DNA from: a virus
Taxonomy: Duplodnaviria; Caudoviricetes
Virus record (IMG/VR): IMGVR_UViG_3300032360_000008
Location: 1 to 55,887 of that record
DNA length: 55,887 bases
Direction: 5' to 3' (one strand)
Shown here: positions 37,707 through 47,752 of the stretch, piece by piece
How positions within the stretch are numbered: position 1 is the stretch's first letter
Layout: each line of letters opens with the position of its first letter
Made by a program: the position numbers and the translations under genes
Notes under the pieces: model-generated
What the model was told of the DNA's origin: nothing
Databases searched by the model: none
What the model saw: only the letters and a program-made list of their open reading frames with translations

Positions 37707-38385
37707 AATAATATTAGGAGATTGTCTTGAAAAGATCAAAGATATACCTGATAACTCTATAGATTTAATCATTACAAGTCCTCCTTACGATAACATTGAG
37801 GGTGCAGGGTATGCCATGAAAGGTAAAGATATTTTATTTCTTAAATTATATTCTGATTTTTTAGACAGATTCTTTAATGAAATTTATAGAGTGTTAAAAC
37901 CAACAGGACAATTTTATTTTAATATAAAATCTGGTACTTCTAAAAAAACTTTAATTACACCTCATTGGATTGAAAGACTTGAGTCATTTCAGAAATTCAA
38001 ATTTAAATCATATATAATTTGGAAATATAGTGGTTCGTTTGATTCTACAAAAGCAAGATTTCATTTAGATTATGAAATCATATATCATTTATCAAAGACA
38101 GATGATATTACAATTTATTATGAAGATGGAGAACATGATCCTTTAACTTCTGTATGGAATATTCCACATAATATATCAAAAGATCAAAGAGTACACCCTA
38201 CACAAATGCCTGAATCACTTGCAGAAAAAATGATCAAAAGAGGATCAAAAGAGGGAGATGTAGTATTAGATCCGTTTGCTGGTAGTGGAACTTCATTAGT
38301 TGTAGCAAAAAGACTAGGAAGAAAATATATAGGAATTGAAATTAACCCAACACATTATGAAGGAATTAAGGAACGATTGAATTGA
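37699..38385 (+). CDS. Beta-class N4-C/N6-A DNA methyltransferase
   Basis: GDCL, ITSPPY, HPTQMP and VLDPFAGSGT. Confidence 0.92.
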   Translation: MNEIILGDCLEKIKDIPDNSIDLIITSPPYDNIEGAGYAMKGKDILFLKLYSDFLDRFFNEIYRVLKPTGQFYFNIKSGTSKKTLITPHWIERLESFQKFKFKSYIIWKYSGSFDSTKARFHLDYEIIYHLSKTDDITIYYEDGEHDPLTSVWNIPHNISKDQRVHPTQMPESLAEKMIKRGSKEGDVVLDPFAGSGTSLVVAKRLGRKYIGIEINPTHYEGIKERLN

Positions 38386-38798
38386 GTAATTTTATAACTA
38401 AGGACAGCGGGGAAAGAAGACAATTCAATACGGGAGCTCAAAGAGATGTTGTTACTGACAAGGGCAGATATGATCTTATATCGCCCATAATGATTGACAG
38501 ATTGGCAAAGTTACTGCAACGTGGTGCAGAAAAATATAACGACAGGAATTGGGAAAAAGGTATGCCATTATCTGTATATATGGATTCGGGGATGAGACAT
38601 TTGTACAAGTTCCTAGAAGGACACAGAGATGAGGATCACTTAATTGCAGCTATTTGGAACTTACAGGCTTTACTTCACATAGAAGAAATGGTAAATAGAG
38701 GGGTATTACCAAAAGACTTATTAGATTTACCAAATTATATCAAACCATGTTCACATTCAAAAACACAAAATATGAAAGAAAAGGATGGATTTTGGTAA
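38382..38798 (+). CDS. DUF5664-like dATP/dGTP diphosphohydrolase domain protein
   Basis: F.TGAQRD...KGRYDLI, GAEKY..RNWEKG, S..RH and EDHL.A..WN. Confidence 0.8.
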   Translation: MSNFITKDSGERRQFNTGAQRDVVTDKGRYDLISPIMIDRLAKLLQRGAEKYNDRNWEKGMPLSVYMDSGMRHLYKFLEGHRDEDHLIAAIWNLQALLHIEEMVNRGVLPKDLLDLPNYIKPCSHSKTQNMKEKDGFW

Positions 38799-38807
38799 AA
38801 GTAGGTG

Positions 38808-38939
38808 ATGATATTGGGTGTTAAATGTAAATATTGTGGATGGAAACCAGAAGAATCTAGTTTCTACTCAACAAGAGAAGATTTTAAAAAAGTTAGCTAC
38901 CATATAAACAAATGTAAAAAAGAATATGAATCAGACTAA
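38808..38939 (+). CDS. About 43-aa C2HC zinc-finger protein
   Basis: ..VKCKYCGWKPEE...VSYHINKC... preceded by SD-like AGGTGA. Confidence 0.6.
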   Translation: MILGVKCKYCGWKPEESSFYSTREDFKKVSYHINKCKKEYESD

Positions 38940-39201
38940 GAAACATTCTTTGTTAGAATCCATACAGACAGCTGCAATCGCAGCTCCTACTGCTATATTA
39001 ATTCACAAGGCTACACTTATGATAGCAGGTAATAATGCACTAAACAACAACCAAGACCTGTTTGTAACATTGTCATGGGTGTTGTTCTTTCTGCATGGAA
39101 TAATGTGGAAATATATAATTAGAAGAATACATGATCACTATGGATCAAGATTAGATCCTAGAAACATTTATAATACCATAAGGGGTTTAAAATTGAAATG
39201 A
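38926..39201 (+). CDS. Small two-TM phage membrane protein
   Basis: MNQTKKHSLLES N-terminus, two hydrophobic helices and YIIRR. Confidence 0.65.
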   Translation: MNQTKKHSLLESIQTAAIAAPTAILIHKATLMIAGNNALNNNQDLFVTLSWVLFFLHGIMWKYIIRRIHDHYGSRLDPRNIYNTIRGLKLK

Positions 39202-39623
39202 GTAAGGCAAAAAATAATCAGGCAAAGTCATTCTTTTCATACAAAAATGATGATGTAGAACTTGTAGATATTGGTCAGTTCCTTCGTGAAACCACAAAAT
39301 ACAGAGTGGAACGTGAGTGGTATGTATTGTTTAATAAAATAACGGGGGAATATGTTGGGTATCAGGAAACATTTAACGGTAATATAAAATACAAACCTAG
39401 AAATCCTGATCTCATACTAATAGATAAGAAAACAAAAAAGATTATACTAATAGTTGAAATTGATGGTGGGGTGCATGACAAAAAGTTTGCTGATACAGAA
39501 CAGCGTAATGAAGAATATTTCTTGGCAGGTTTGCCATTACTAGCAATTAACAAGTTGGAAATAGAAACTACTATATTTGACTTGGTAGATAAGAAGGTAA
39601 GGGAATATTTAGATGACAATTAA
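39198..39623 (+). CDS. PD-(D/E)xK endonuclease (Vsr/DUF559-like)
   Basis: PDL....IVEIDGGVH......RN..Y...G. Confidence 0.75.
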   Translation: MSKAKNNQAKSFFSYKNDDVELVDIGQFLRETTKYRVEREWYVLFNKITGEYVGYQETFNGNIKYKPRNPDLILIDKKTKKIILIVEIDGGVHDKKFADTEQRNEEYFLAGLPLLAINKLEIETTIFDLVDKKVREYLDDN

Positions 39624-39882
39624 TCTGTATGTAAACAATGGATATAAGGAATATTTAGATCAACTTAAAGTTATTTCAGAAGCAAATAACAAACCATTAT
39701 CAACAGAAATTTGCAAGGCGGTCAAACAATATATACAGAACCTAAATGATGAAAAGGATCTTGTGGCAGAAGATGAGGAATGGAATGAGTTTATTAAAAG
39801 TGCAACTAAAGAACAACTCTATGAAATGAGTAGGGTTATATGTGGGTTGAATGATAGGATAATTCGTAAAGTATGTCAATAA
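39613..39882 (+). CDS. Ribbon-helix-helix-like regulator
   Basis: INLYV......LDQLK.IS....KPLSTEICKAVKQYI. Confidence 0.6.
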   Translation: MTINLYVNNGYKEYLDQLKVISEANNKPLSTEICKAVKQYIQNLNDEKDLVAEDEEWNEFIKSATKEQLYEMSRVICGLNDRIIRKVCQ

Positions 39883-40646
39883 TTAATGGGGATTGTTTAG
39901 AGGAAATGAAAAAACTTTCAGATGAAAATATAGATATTATTATAACAAGTCCACCTTATGAAAAATTAAGAGCATATAACGGATATTCGTTTGACTTTGA
40001 GGGAGTAGCAAAAGAGATTTTTAGAATTATGAAAAAAGGTGGTGTGGTTATATGGGTTGTGTCAGATAGTGTGATAAAAGGAAAAATAAACGGAACAACT
40101 GAATCAGGTATTTCATTCCAACAGGCTTTATATTTTAAAGAATTAGGTTTTAACATACATGACACAATGATATATTCTAAGAAAGGATCATCATTACCTG
40201 ATCCAACTAGATATTTTCAAAAGTTTGAATATATGTTTGTTTTAAGTAAAGGAAAACCTAAGACAATAAATCTAATAAAAGATAGAAAAAATAAAAGTGT
40301 AGGAAAACCTAAGACAACTCATAGTAGAGATGAAAATACTAATAAAATAAATTACTATAATACATATATTACAAAAGAATATGGATTAAGATATAACATT
40401 TGGAATATTAATGAGGGATATATGTTGTCAACTAAAGATAAAATAGCATTTGAACACCCTGCAATATTTCCTGAATCATTGGTAAGAGATCATTTATTAT
40501 CATGGTCTAATGAGGGGGATATGGTATTAGATCCGTTTGCTGGAAGTGGAACTACATTGAAGATAGCAAAAGAATTAAATAGAGAATATATAGGTATAGA
40601 GATAAGTTCTCAATATTGTGATATAATTAAGGAGAGATTAAAATGA
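39873..40646 (+). CDS. Beta-class N4-C/N6-A DNA methyltransferase
   Basis: GDCL, ITSPPY, HPAIFPE and VLDPFAGSGTT. Confidence 0.92.
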   Translation: MSIINGDCLEEMKKLSDENIDIIITSPPYEKLRAYNGYSFDFEGVAKEIFRIMKKGGVVIWVVSDSVIKGKINGTTESGISFQQALYFKELGFNIHDTMIYSKKGSSLPDPTRYFQKFEYMFVLSKGKPKTINLIKDRKNKSVGKPKTTHSRDENTNKINYYNTYITKEYGLRYNIWNINEGYMLSTKDKIAFEHPAIFPESLVRDHLLSWSNEGDMVLDPFAGSGTTLKIAKELNREYIGIEISSQYCDIIKERLK

Positions 40647-43075
40647 ACATAGATAAACTAAAAGAAATGGGATTCAATCTCATTCCACTTAAACCAAAGT
40701 CCAAAGAGCCTATTGGTGGTCTTAATTGGAAGCAGTTCCAAGAGGACAAATACACGGGTAGTTACCCTGATAGTTGTAATGTAGGAGTTATATGTGGTCG
40801 TTCAAGTGGTAATGTTTTTGTTGTTGACTTGGATGATACAACATTATATGACGATTACCCAGAGGAAATAAAGAATACATTTACAGTTAAAACAGGTAAG
40901 GGTTATCATATATATTATCACTTTCATGGATTCCCACCACCAAATAAAAAACTAGATGATAAAAGGGGAAGACACATTGATATAAAGTCACAAGGGGGAT
41001 ATGTACTTGCACCAACAAGTGTACACCCAAATGGCAGTATATACACAGCAATAAATGAATCACCAATTATGGACATAAGCATACAGAAACTAAAAGAACA
41101 CCTATCAAAGATGGGATTCAATGTTGAAACCAAGCCTGTAGAGGAAATAGAGGGGGGTATATCAGAAGGTGGTAGAAACGATGCTACTTTCAAGTACGCC
41201 TGTTATCTTATAAGAGATAAGGGATTATTTGGGGAAGCATTAAAGTTAGAGATAGACAACTTAAACCAAAAACATACCCCACCATTACCAGAGTCAGAAT
41301 TAAGTTTAATTATATCACAAGCAGAAAAAGCAGAACATAAAAACATGACAAAGCACATAGTAGATGCAAGGTCAGTTGTTGAGAAACTTTCAAATGCTCC
41401 ACTTAAACTAACAATGCAGGATATAACACCTACCTATGAGAACAAACCAATAGAGTTTGATTGTATGATCACAGCAGTAGGAGAACGTATGACTTATACG
41501 GTTTCAGCAGATTGTAGTTGTGCATTATGTGGTGCTTCCAAGAAAGTATTTTGTGATGACTTGCATATATTACAAATACCATATTGTATGAATGATAAAA
41601 GAGCATACGATATAGATGAGAGTACAAAGATTACAGCATATATACAGCAAATGAGAATACAAGAGTTCCTAGAAACTGCTAGAAATGCCACACCAATAGA
41701 GTTTGATGCAGAGATTACTGATGAAGATGTGGGGGAAGCATTTATTGGAGATAGAAAAACAGTAGTAGCAAGATTCCGTTCAATACCAAAACCAAAGAGT
41801 GCATATAATGATATTGTATTTCAGATAAATCACATGAAAGACTTGGAACAAAAAGAGGGTTGTATGCCTAGTCAGCAGGAGATAGACAAGTGGAGTAAAA
41901 TCAATATATTTGAGAGAGTAACTGCCTCTATTGCACCTGATATATACATTAACCCTAAAATAATAGAGTCATTAATCCTATGGGCTTGTGGTGGTAATAG
42001 TCTTAATGGTAAGCGTGACCTTATCCATTGTGGTATATTGGGAGATGCTCAATTAGGCAAGTCAGATCTATTACTAAAGATGTATAAATTATTGCCCGGT
42101 TCAGGATATACGGTTGGTAGAAATACTTCTGGTGCAGGATTAACTATTGCTATGGTAAAATTATATAATGGCACAATGATTCCAAAAGCAGGATTCTTCC
42201 CACAACACACAGGACACCCATGTATCATAGATGAGATAGACAAAATGAAAAAGGAAGATCACAATTCATGTCTTGAAGTTATGGAGCAACAAACAACCTC
42301 ACAGGCTAAGGCAGGTACAGGTGGTGGTCTTACATTACCTACAAAGTGTCCGTTACTCATAGCAGGTAATCCAAAGAACGGTAAGTTTAACCCAAAATAC
42401 CCACTTGTTATGGACAACTTTGACATGGAAACACCGTTTGTATCTCGATTTGATATTTTATGGCTTCTAGTTGATGAAAATGATCCTGAAAGTGACAAAC
42501 TAATTAGAAAATTTATCAGAAGTTATCAAAGTAGAAAGCAAGATTATATGACAGTTGAGGAATTACAGCGATACTTTGAATATATACGTTCACTTGATGC
42601 AACAGTTCCAGATGAACTAATGGATAGAATAGATGAGTTACATACAAAAATGCGACCACTAAATGTTGACAGCGGTGTTCCTATTGGTTGGAGACAATAT
42701 CATGGGTTATATCGACTACTCACAGCAAGTGCCAAAGCAAATTTGCGTAGTGTAGTTTGTGATGAGGACTTTGAAATTGTTGAGAATATAATAAAAGAAT
42801 CCTACAAGAGTATGAGTATGAACTTGGAAACAGGCAAGAGTAGCGATACTCACAAGAAAACAAGAGATACAAAGAAAGAAACTATTCTATTAACTTGGGG
42901 AGAATGTATGGATGAGTCAATAGATAACACCGTAGACAAGAAAGAGTTCATAGATGCCCTAGCAAAGAAAGATGGATTTAATGCACTTGATGCTCCAATG
43001 GTATTTTCAAAAATGTTAGATAATGGGGATCTTATATATGATAATGATTTAGAAAGGTACAAGAAGGTAAGATAA
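40643..43075 (+). CDS. mcm: Primase-polymerase (Prim-Pol + PriCT) fused to MCM helicase
   Basis: NVGVICG, VVDLD, TGKGYHIYY, GGYVLAP.S.H and EGGRND. MCM motifs GDAQLGKS, SGAGLT, IDEIDKM, EVMEQQ, AGNP and SRFD. Confidence 0.92.
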   Translation: MNIDKLKEMGFNLIPLKPKSKEPIGGLNWKQFQEDKYTGSYPDSCNVGVICGRSSGNVFVVDLDDTTLYDDYPEEIKNTFTVKTGKGYHIYYHFHGFPPPNKKLDDKRGRHIDIKSQGGYVLAPTSVHPNGSIYTAINESPIMDISIQKLKEHLSKMGFNVETKPVEEIEGGISEGGRNDATFKYACYLIRDKGLFGEALKLEIDNLNQKHTPPLPESELSLIISQAEKAEHKNMTKHIVDARSVVEKLSNAPLKLTMQDITPTYENKPIEFDCMITAVGERMTYTVSADCSCALCGASKKVFCDDLHILQIPYCMNDKRAYDIDESTKITAYIQQMRIQEFLETARNATPIEFDAEITDEDVGEAFIGDRKTVVARFRSIPKPKSAYNDIVFQINHMKDLEQKEGCMPSQQEIDKWSKINIFERVTASIAPDIYINPKIIESLILWACGGNSLNGKRDLIHCGILGDAQLGKSDLLLKMYKLLPGSGYTVGRNTSGAGLTIAMVKLYNGTMIPKAGFFPQHTGHPCIIDEIDKMKKEDHNSCLEVMEQQTTSQAKAGTGGGLTLPTKCPLLIAGNPKNGKFNPKYPLVMDNFDMETPFVSRFDILWLLVDENDPESDKLIRKFIRSYQSRKQDYMTVEELQRYFEYIRSLDATVPDELMDRIDELHTKMRPLNVDSGVPIGWRQYHGLYRLLTASAKANLRSVVCDEDFEIVENIIKESYKSMSMNLETGKSSDTHKKTRDTKKETILLTWGECMDESIDNTVDKKEFIDALAKKDGFNALDAPMVFSKMLDNGDLIYDNDLERYKKVR

Positions 43076-43371
43076 TGGGCAAACTTAGAGATTTAAGGGA
43101 ACGCAGGGAGCAAATGGAGTGGGATGACTCAGATAGAATAGGTATTGAAGAAGAAATAAACAAGATAGAACAATGGTGTATTGATAATAATAAAGGATTT
43201 GTTACTAAATTAACCACATGGACAAGTGGAAATATGGGGTATAATAAATTATATCCGTGGCATACGGGATATATAGAAGTCAAAGATACTTGGATGGTTG
43301 GTAGTTTAAATGGAAAAGGTCTAAATTATAACCAAGACAAGAGTATTCATTTTTGTGAAAATTGTTCTTAA
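43075..43371 (+). CDS. Hypothetical protein
   Basis: 98 aa, TAATG-coupled to mcm. Confidence 0.6.
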   Translation: MGKLRDLRERREQMEWDDSDRIGIEEEINKIEQWCIDNNKGFVTKLTTWTSGNMGYNKLYPWHTGYIEVKDTWMVGSLNGKGLNYNQDKSIHFCENCS

Positions 43372-43512
43372 TATTTAAATAGATCATGTATATAAGGTTA
43401 TCGTGGAAGAATTAAAACAATTTAATAAAGTCATTAGAGCAGAAGATGCGATGGGTGCAGGTTGTTTAGATAAATGTAAATGCAAACCTCTAAATTTTGA
43501 CAAAGAGGACTA

Positions 43513-44082
43513 ATGATAATATTTAAAACCAAAAAGATTGACGAGAAAAAATATAGAGACATTATACAGCGTACAATTATATTAAATGGTCACGATGGAA
43601 CTCATTTATCGGGATATAACGCTTGGAAAAACTTTGATGAAACATGGTCATTATATATTATACCTGTAACAGAACAGGAAGAATATAAGAGATATTATGG
43701 TCATTTAAGAGTAGAGACTTCAGATGGTATTGCGTGGGGAGTAACAGGTCAAAAAGTGATATATATGTTCGTCAATGATTCAGCAAACTCATTCATTATA
43801 CGACAGAACATCATGCCACTTGCCCATGAATTATTACACGCTATATATCAAGATGCAGTTGGAACACAACATATAGTAAGGTTATATGATTCACCAGAAG
43901 GCAAAGCAGGAACAAGTGGTGCAAGAGCAACAGTTATTGTTCACGATAATTGGTATGGTTCAAAGGACACAATCAAGATATGGATTCGTTGGGGGTTAAT
44001 TTGGTTGCCAATAACTATACCATATATACCAATAAAGAAAGCAAAGGAAATTTACAATATAGATACATTACCATTGAGTTAG
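43513..44082 (+). CDS. Putative zinc metallopeptidase (HExxH)
   Basis: LAHELLHA preceded by beta strands (WGVT, IYMF). Confidence 0.65.
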   Translation: MIIFKTKKIDEKKYRDIIQRTIILNGHDGTHLSGYNAWKNFDETWSLYIIPVTEQEEYKRYYGHLRVETSDGIAWGVTGQKVIYMFVNDSANSFIIRQNIMPLAHELLHAIYQDAVGTQHIVRLYDSPEGKAGTSGARATVIVHDNWYGSKDTIKIWIRWGLIWLPITIPYIPIKKAKEIYNIDTLPLS

Positions 44083-46473
44083 AGTGGTCTGTTCCCCTCT
44101 GCCCATCAATATATCGATACTAATTTTCATCGGTTCACACACTTGACTCATCACACTTTCTAAACTTTCCATATATTTTACCTTGTCAATATCACTATGG
44201 GTTGCCATACTTAGTGGACATACTTTGGGATCTTTCCATGTTTTTACAAACTCTACATATTGTCCTTTCTGCACATCACCCAACTGTTCTCCCGCCTTTA
44301 CCGCCTGTGGTTTTGTCTTATATTCAGAAGGTTCTTTGGCAATCATTACTTTAAATGATAACTGATCAAGTGGTATAGTATCAAAGTTGTCTATTACAGT
44401 TTTTATAACATAACTAACTTCTTGTTTTACCTCGTAGAAATCAGACATACTCTCGATAGGCTTGATTTTCTCTAGTACATCATTAAACAATCGCTTCACA
44501 AAGGGGGGTGTATTTGACTTTTTACCACTCAAACCCTTAATGTCTAGACTACCATCTTTCTTGACACCAAAGTAATTCTTCTTTCTGTCACTTAAAACCA
44601 AATATTTATACTCTTTGTCGATCTCTAAATCTATAGAATAATGATTTTTACAAAAATCAATAAGATAATCAACCTGATCTGTGGTTGGCTTGTGGACAAA
44701 AACGGAATCAGTATCTCCATAAAGGACAGGAAGACTTATGGTTTTGGCAGTTTCTATCGTCTTTGAAATTATATCACGACCAACAGCAGTTACAGCTTCG
44801 GCAGTTGGCAGGAAATATAACGAGAACGTTTCAGCACCAATCACACCGTAACTTGCGTTTAAAAATACCTTAAGTGCTTGTGCAATAGTATTGTTTATAT
44901 CACGGTCTTTTTGTGTTTTACCTGTCTTACTTAACACCTTGAAATGATTTACTCTTAGTTCCTTTAGTGATCCAATCAATAGTGATGCCATACCAATCTT
45001 TTTTGTGCATGACCAATGTTTAGTATAAGGTATTATATTATTTTTACATTCTTCATGGCAACAGCATACTGTTTCGTATGATATATTTCGAGTTTTTATT
45101 ATACTTGGATATAGACTTGCAAAGTCAAGTACGGTAACATCAAAATGAATACCACTTACAGGTTCTAATACCTCTGCACCCTGATATTTCTTGCCTTTCA
45201 CACCCGCAGTAGTTGTTCCTTCAATTCTAGGAAAGTCTACACTTCGGGGTATTAGTTGGTTATTTATCCTATGCTCATTATAAAACATACTCTTAATCCA
45301 ATTAGATATACTAAGCCTTGATATATCGTCAATAGGCATATTACCCACCCTGCACAATATAACCAACAGATTCATTACCAAGTCGTTGTGATAATGTGAA
45401 AGTTCATAGGTCAATCTGCTATCGTTATAACAATATTTGCTCAGTAAATTCAATGATATATCAGCAAGACTACCCGTATATTCCACCTTCTTCTCTCCAA
45501 GCATGGCTTCACTCACATCATCTAGTTTATCTGTGATATACTTTGCACCAAAGGCATATATTTTGAGGGAACGATTTGAAAATACACTATACAAGTCAAT
45601 ATGAATACCATTATTCAAGGTAGCCTTTTCTTTCATCATTTTAAATGGGTTATACTCTAGTCCAAGTACGTTAGCCCTGTTACACAGGTAAGGCATATCA
45701 AATATATCACCGTTATATGTCAGTACAACAGGGTAAGAATCTATTACTTCAAATACCTGTTTTAACAGTTCTTTCTCATCATCAAACCATATAATTTCAT
45801 AATCTCTACCTATATCTTCCTCTCCCATAGCCACTTCTGGTCGCTTGAGGGTATATACTTGCTTTCTATCGTCAGAATGAAATGATACAGCAGTTACCCT
45901 TTGAAGTGCCTTGCTTGTATCAGGCATTGTATCTCCTACTTCCACCTCAATATCAAACGCAAGTCGTTTTATACTTGGTATATCTTGACCAAGCAGATTA
46001 GCCCACTTTGTAACTTGATCACTAAATAATTCAGTATCAACAACAGAATCCATATCTATATTTTTAAGATTAAACTTGTTCTCATTATATTTTAGAGATT
46101 TAATTTCGTTATTATTCACTTCATACCAAGTTCCAACGATATATTTATTATCATACAAGAAACTTTGGTAATATTTTATATCTCCTTCCCAACACTTGCC
46201 TGAATCTCTCAGTTCATATATTACACTTGGATTATCCACACTAACCTTTGACATTTCACGGGATTCATCCTTTACTATATCATATATATCGACATCCTGT
46301 ATATTGTTGATACCCATCATCCCCTGCAACTTTGTTGCTTCCTCTCTTTTTATATAACAGGATTGTTTATAGTCGGTATTCTCTACCATTATAATTTTGT
46401 TAGTTGTTGGTTCATAGAATTTTAATATAATTTTTCGTGCTTGAAACACACACGATAATAACATACATTTCAT
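44068..46473 (-). CDS. polB: Family B DNA polymerase, archaeal type
   Basis: AFDIEV, YNGD.FD and YCYNDS (exonuclease). DFASLYPS, K..LNASYG, YGDTDS and KKNY (polymerase). Confidence 0.95.
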   Translation of the reverse strand: MKCMLLSCVFQARKIILKFYEPTTNKIIMVENTDYKQSCYIKREEATKLQGMMGINNIQDVDIYDIVKDESREMSKVSVDNPSVIYELRDSGKCWEGDIKYYQSFLYDNKYIVGTWYEVNNNEIKSLKYNENKFNLKNIDMDSVVDTELFSDQVTKWANLLGQDIPSIKRLAFDIEVEVGDTMPDTSKALQRVTAVSFHSDDRKQVYTLKRPEVAMGEEDIGRDYEIIWFDDEKELLKQVFEVIDSYPVVLTYNGDIFDMPYLCNRANVLGLEYNPFKMMKEKATLNNGIHIDLYSVFSNRSLKIYAFGAKYITDKLDDVSEAMLGEKKVEYTGSLADISLNLLSKYCYNDSRLTYELSHYHNDLVMNLLVILCRVGNMPIDDISRLSISNWIKSMFYNEHRINNQLIPRSVDFPRIEGTTTAGVKGKKYQGAEVLEPVSGIHFDVTVLDFASLYPSIIKTRNISYETVCCCHEECKNNIIPYTKHWSCTKKIGMASLLIGSLKELRVNHFKVLSKTGKTQKDRDINNTIAQALKVFLNASYGVIGAETFSLYFLPTAEAVTAVGRDIISKTIETAKTISLPVLYGDTDSVFVHKPTTDQVDYLIDFCKNHYSIDLEIDKEYKYLVLSDRKKNYFGVKKDGSLDIKGLSGKKSNTPPFVKRLFNDVLEKIKPIESMSDFYEVKQEVSYVIKTVIDNFDTIPLDQLSFKVMIAKEPSEYKTKPQAVKAGEQLGDVQKGQYVEFVKTWKDPKVCPLSMATHSDIDKVKYMESLESVMSQVCEPMKISIDILMGRGEQTTLTQW

Positions 46474-46577
46474 TAATATTCAACTTCCTTGAATATTTTT
46501 CCACAAGTCAAACAATAAGCATGACTTTCTTTTATCCTTATTATATGAGAGGGATATTTATTTTCACATAATCTCAT
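46473..46577 (-). CDS. 34-aa zinc-binding microprotein
   Basis: MRLCENKYPSHIIRIKESHAYCLTCGKIFKEVEY*. Coupled to both neighbours. Confidence 0.6.
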   Translation of the reverse strand: MRLCENKYPSHIIRIKESHAYCLTCGKIFKEVEY

Positions 46578-47155
46578 AGTTCATTTTCCTCAAATAAGTT
46601 AGAACAAAGTAACGTTCTAGCGTGTTTTCCAAATATAACCTTCTTATCACTAGAAACAACTTTACAATTCCATTTGGATTTAGTCAAACATTTTTTAATC
46701 TCATGTTCGTCTTTTGCACTACATATAATCCAATCCCCTTTCAAATCATCTACAACATCTAATAATTCTGAATAGTATTCCATTGGTTTTCTGTCACAAA
46801 AAGCGTTATGGTGTGAGTCATAACAGGTAAAACGCCACGGTGGATCTATTAAGAAAAATGTATCTTCACTATCCCATTTTTTAATACATTCCATATAATC
46901 TTCTTGTGTTACTATTATAGGAAATTCAGAAGTTTCAGAATATTCTGCATATTCATTTTTTAAATAATTAACTGCATATTCACTCATATCATTAAGTATT
47001 ATTTTGTCATGTCTAAGTTCAACAGTTCTTCCTAATCCTGCAAATGGTTCGACATATATTTTTGAAGTTGGTATATAATCATTAATTTTATCTGCTGTAT
47101 GTTTAAGTCCTGAATACCCACCAAACATTAACTTATTTCCCCATACAGAAGTCAT
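46574..47155 (-). CDS. Compact Dam-like (D12/alpha class) adenine methyltransferase
   Basis: Y.G.K, YVEPFAG, ILND and FFLIDPPW. The usual target-recognition region is largely absent. Confidence 0.8.
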   Translation of the reverse strand: MTSVWGNKLMFGGYSGLKHTADKINDYIPTSKIYVEPFAGLGRTVELRHDKIILNDMSEYAVNYLKNEYAEYSETSEFPIIVTQEDYMECIKKWDSEDTFFLIDPPWRFTCYDSHHNAFCDRKPMEYYSELLDVVDDLKGDWIICSAKDEHEIKKCLTKSKWNCKVVSSDKKVIFGKHARTLLCSNLFEENEL

Positions 47156-47721
47156 AGTTCGTCACCCCATGAATCCCAACCCTCTGCAAACTCTCTTGCA
47201 AATAATTCAATTCTTGGAATATCTCCACATAGTTCTACTATTCTATCTCTTACTACATCAGGTTTTTTACTGTGTCTTTCAGGAACACTTTGTATAAGTT
47301 CAGGTTCATATATTGTTTCAACCACTTGTCTTACACCTGCTGACATTCGTTTTGGTTTACCCTTTGTTCCCAATATACAGATCTCACTATTTGCTCTAGT
47401 CCACCTGCCCATTCCCATAAATGGATTAAGATTGTTATAATATTTAACCCAATTAAATGCACAAGTCTTTGGTGTAAACCCCCATGCTTTCATTACTTCC
47501 ATACAAGTTCCGTCAATAAGTTTTGGAAAAGTTACCCACATAAACATTATACTATTCTCACTTGCAATACTTTCCACTTTAAGATCCTTTAACTCCTGTA
47601 ATGACATTACATTATATTTACATTCTGCTCCACGCTTACCTGCCAATGCCTTATCATTATATGTCCAAGCAGGATCACAATATATTATATCATATTTTTT
47701 AGTTGGAAAGTCCACGTTCAT
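47152..47721 (-). CDS. MT-A70 family adenine methyltransferase
   Basis: YDIIYCDPAW, FMWVT, AWGF, W.K, GMG.WTR.NSE, HSKKP and RIELFAR. Confidence 0.9.
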   Translation of the reverse strand: MNVDFPTKKYDIIYCDPAWTYNDKALAGKRGAECKYNVMSLQELKDLKVESIASENSIMFMWVTFPKLIDGTCMEVMKAWGFTPKTCAFNWVKYYNNLNPFMGMGRWTRANSEICILGTKGKPKRMSAGVRQVVETIYEPELIQSVPERHSKKPDVVRDRIVELCGDIPRIELFAREFAEGWDSWGDEL

Positions 47722-47752
47722 CTACGTTGTTTGCCCTATATAGATGTTTTGG

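Noticed and set aside
38382-38798. Complete 2-aminoadenine (Z-genome) pathway
   Set aside because: No PurZ-like gene is visible, and several adenine MTases are present.
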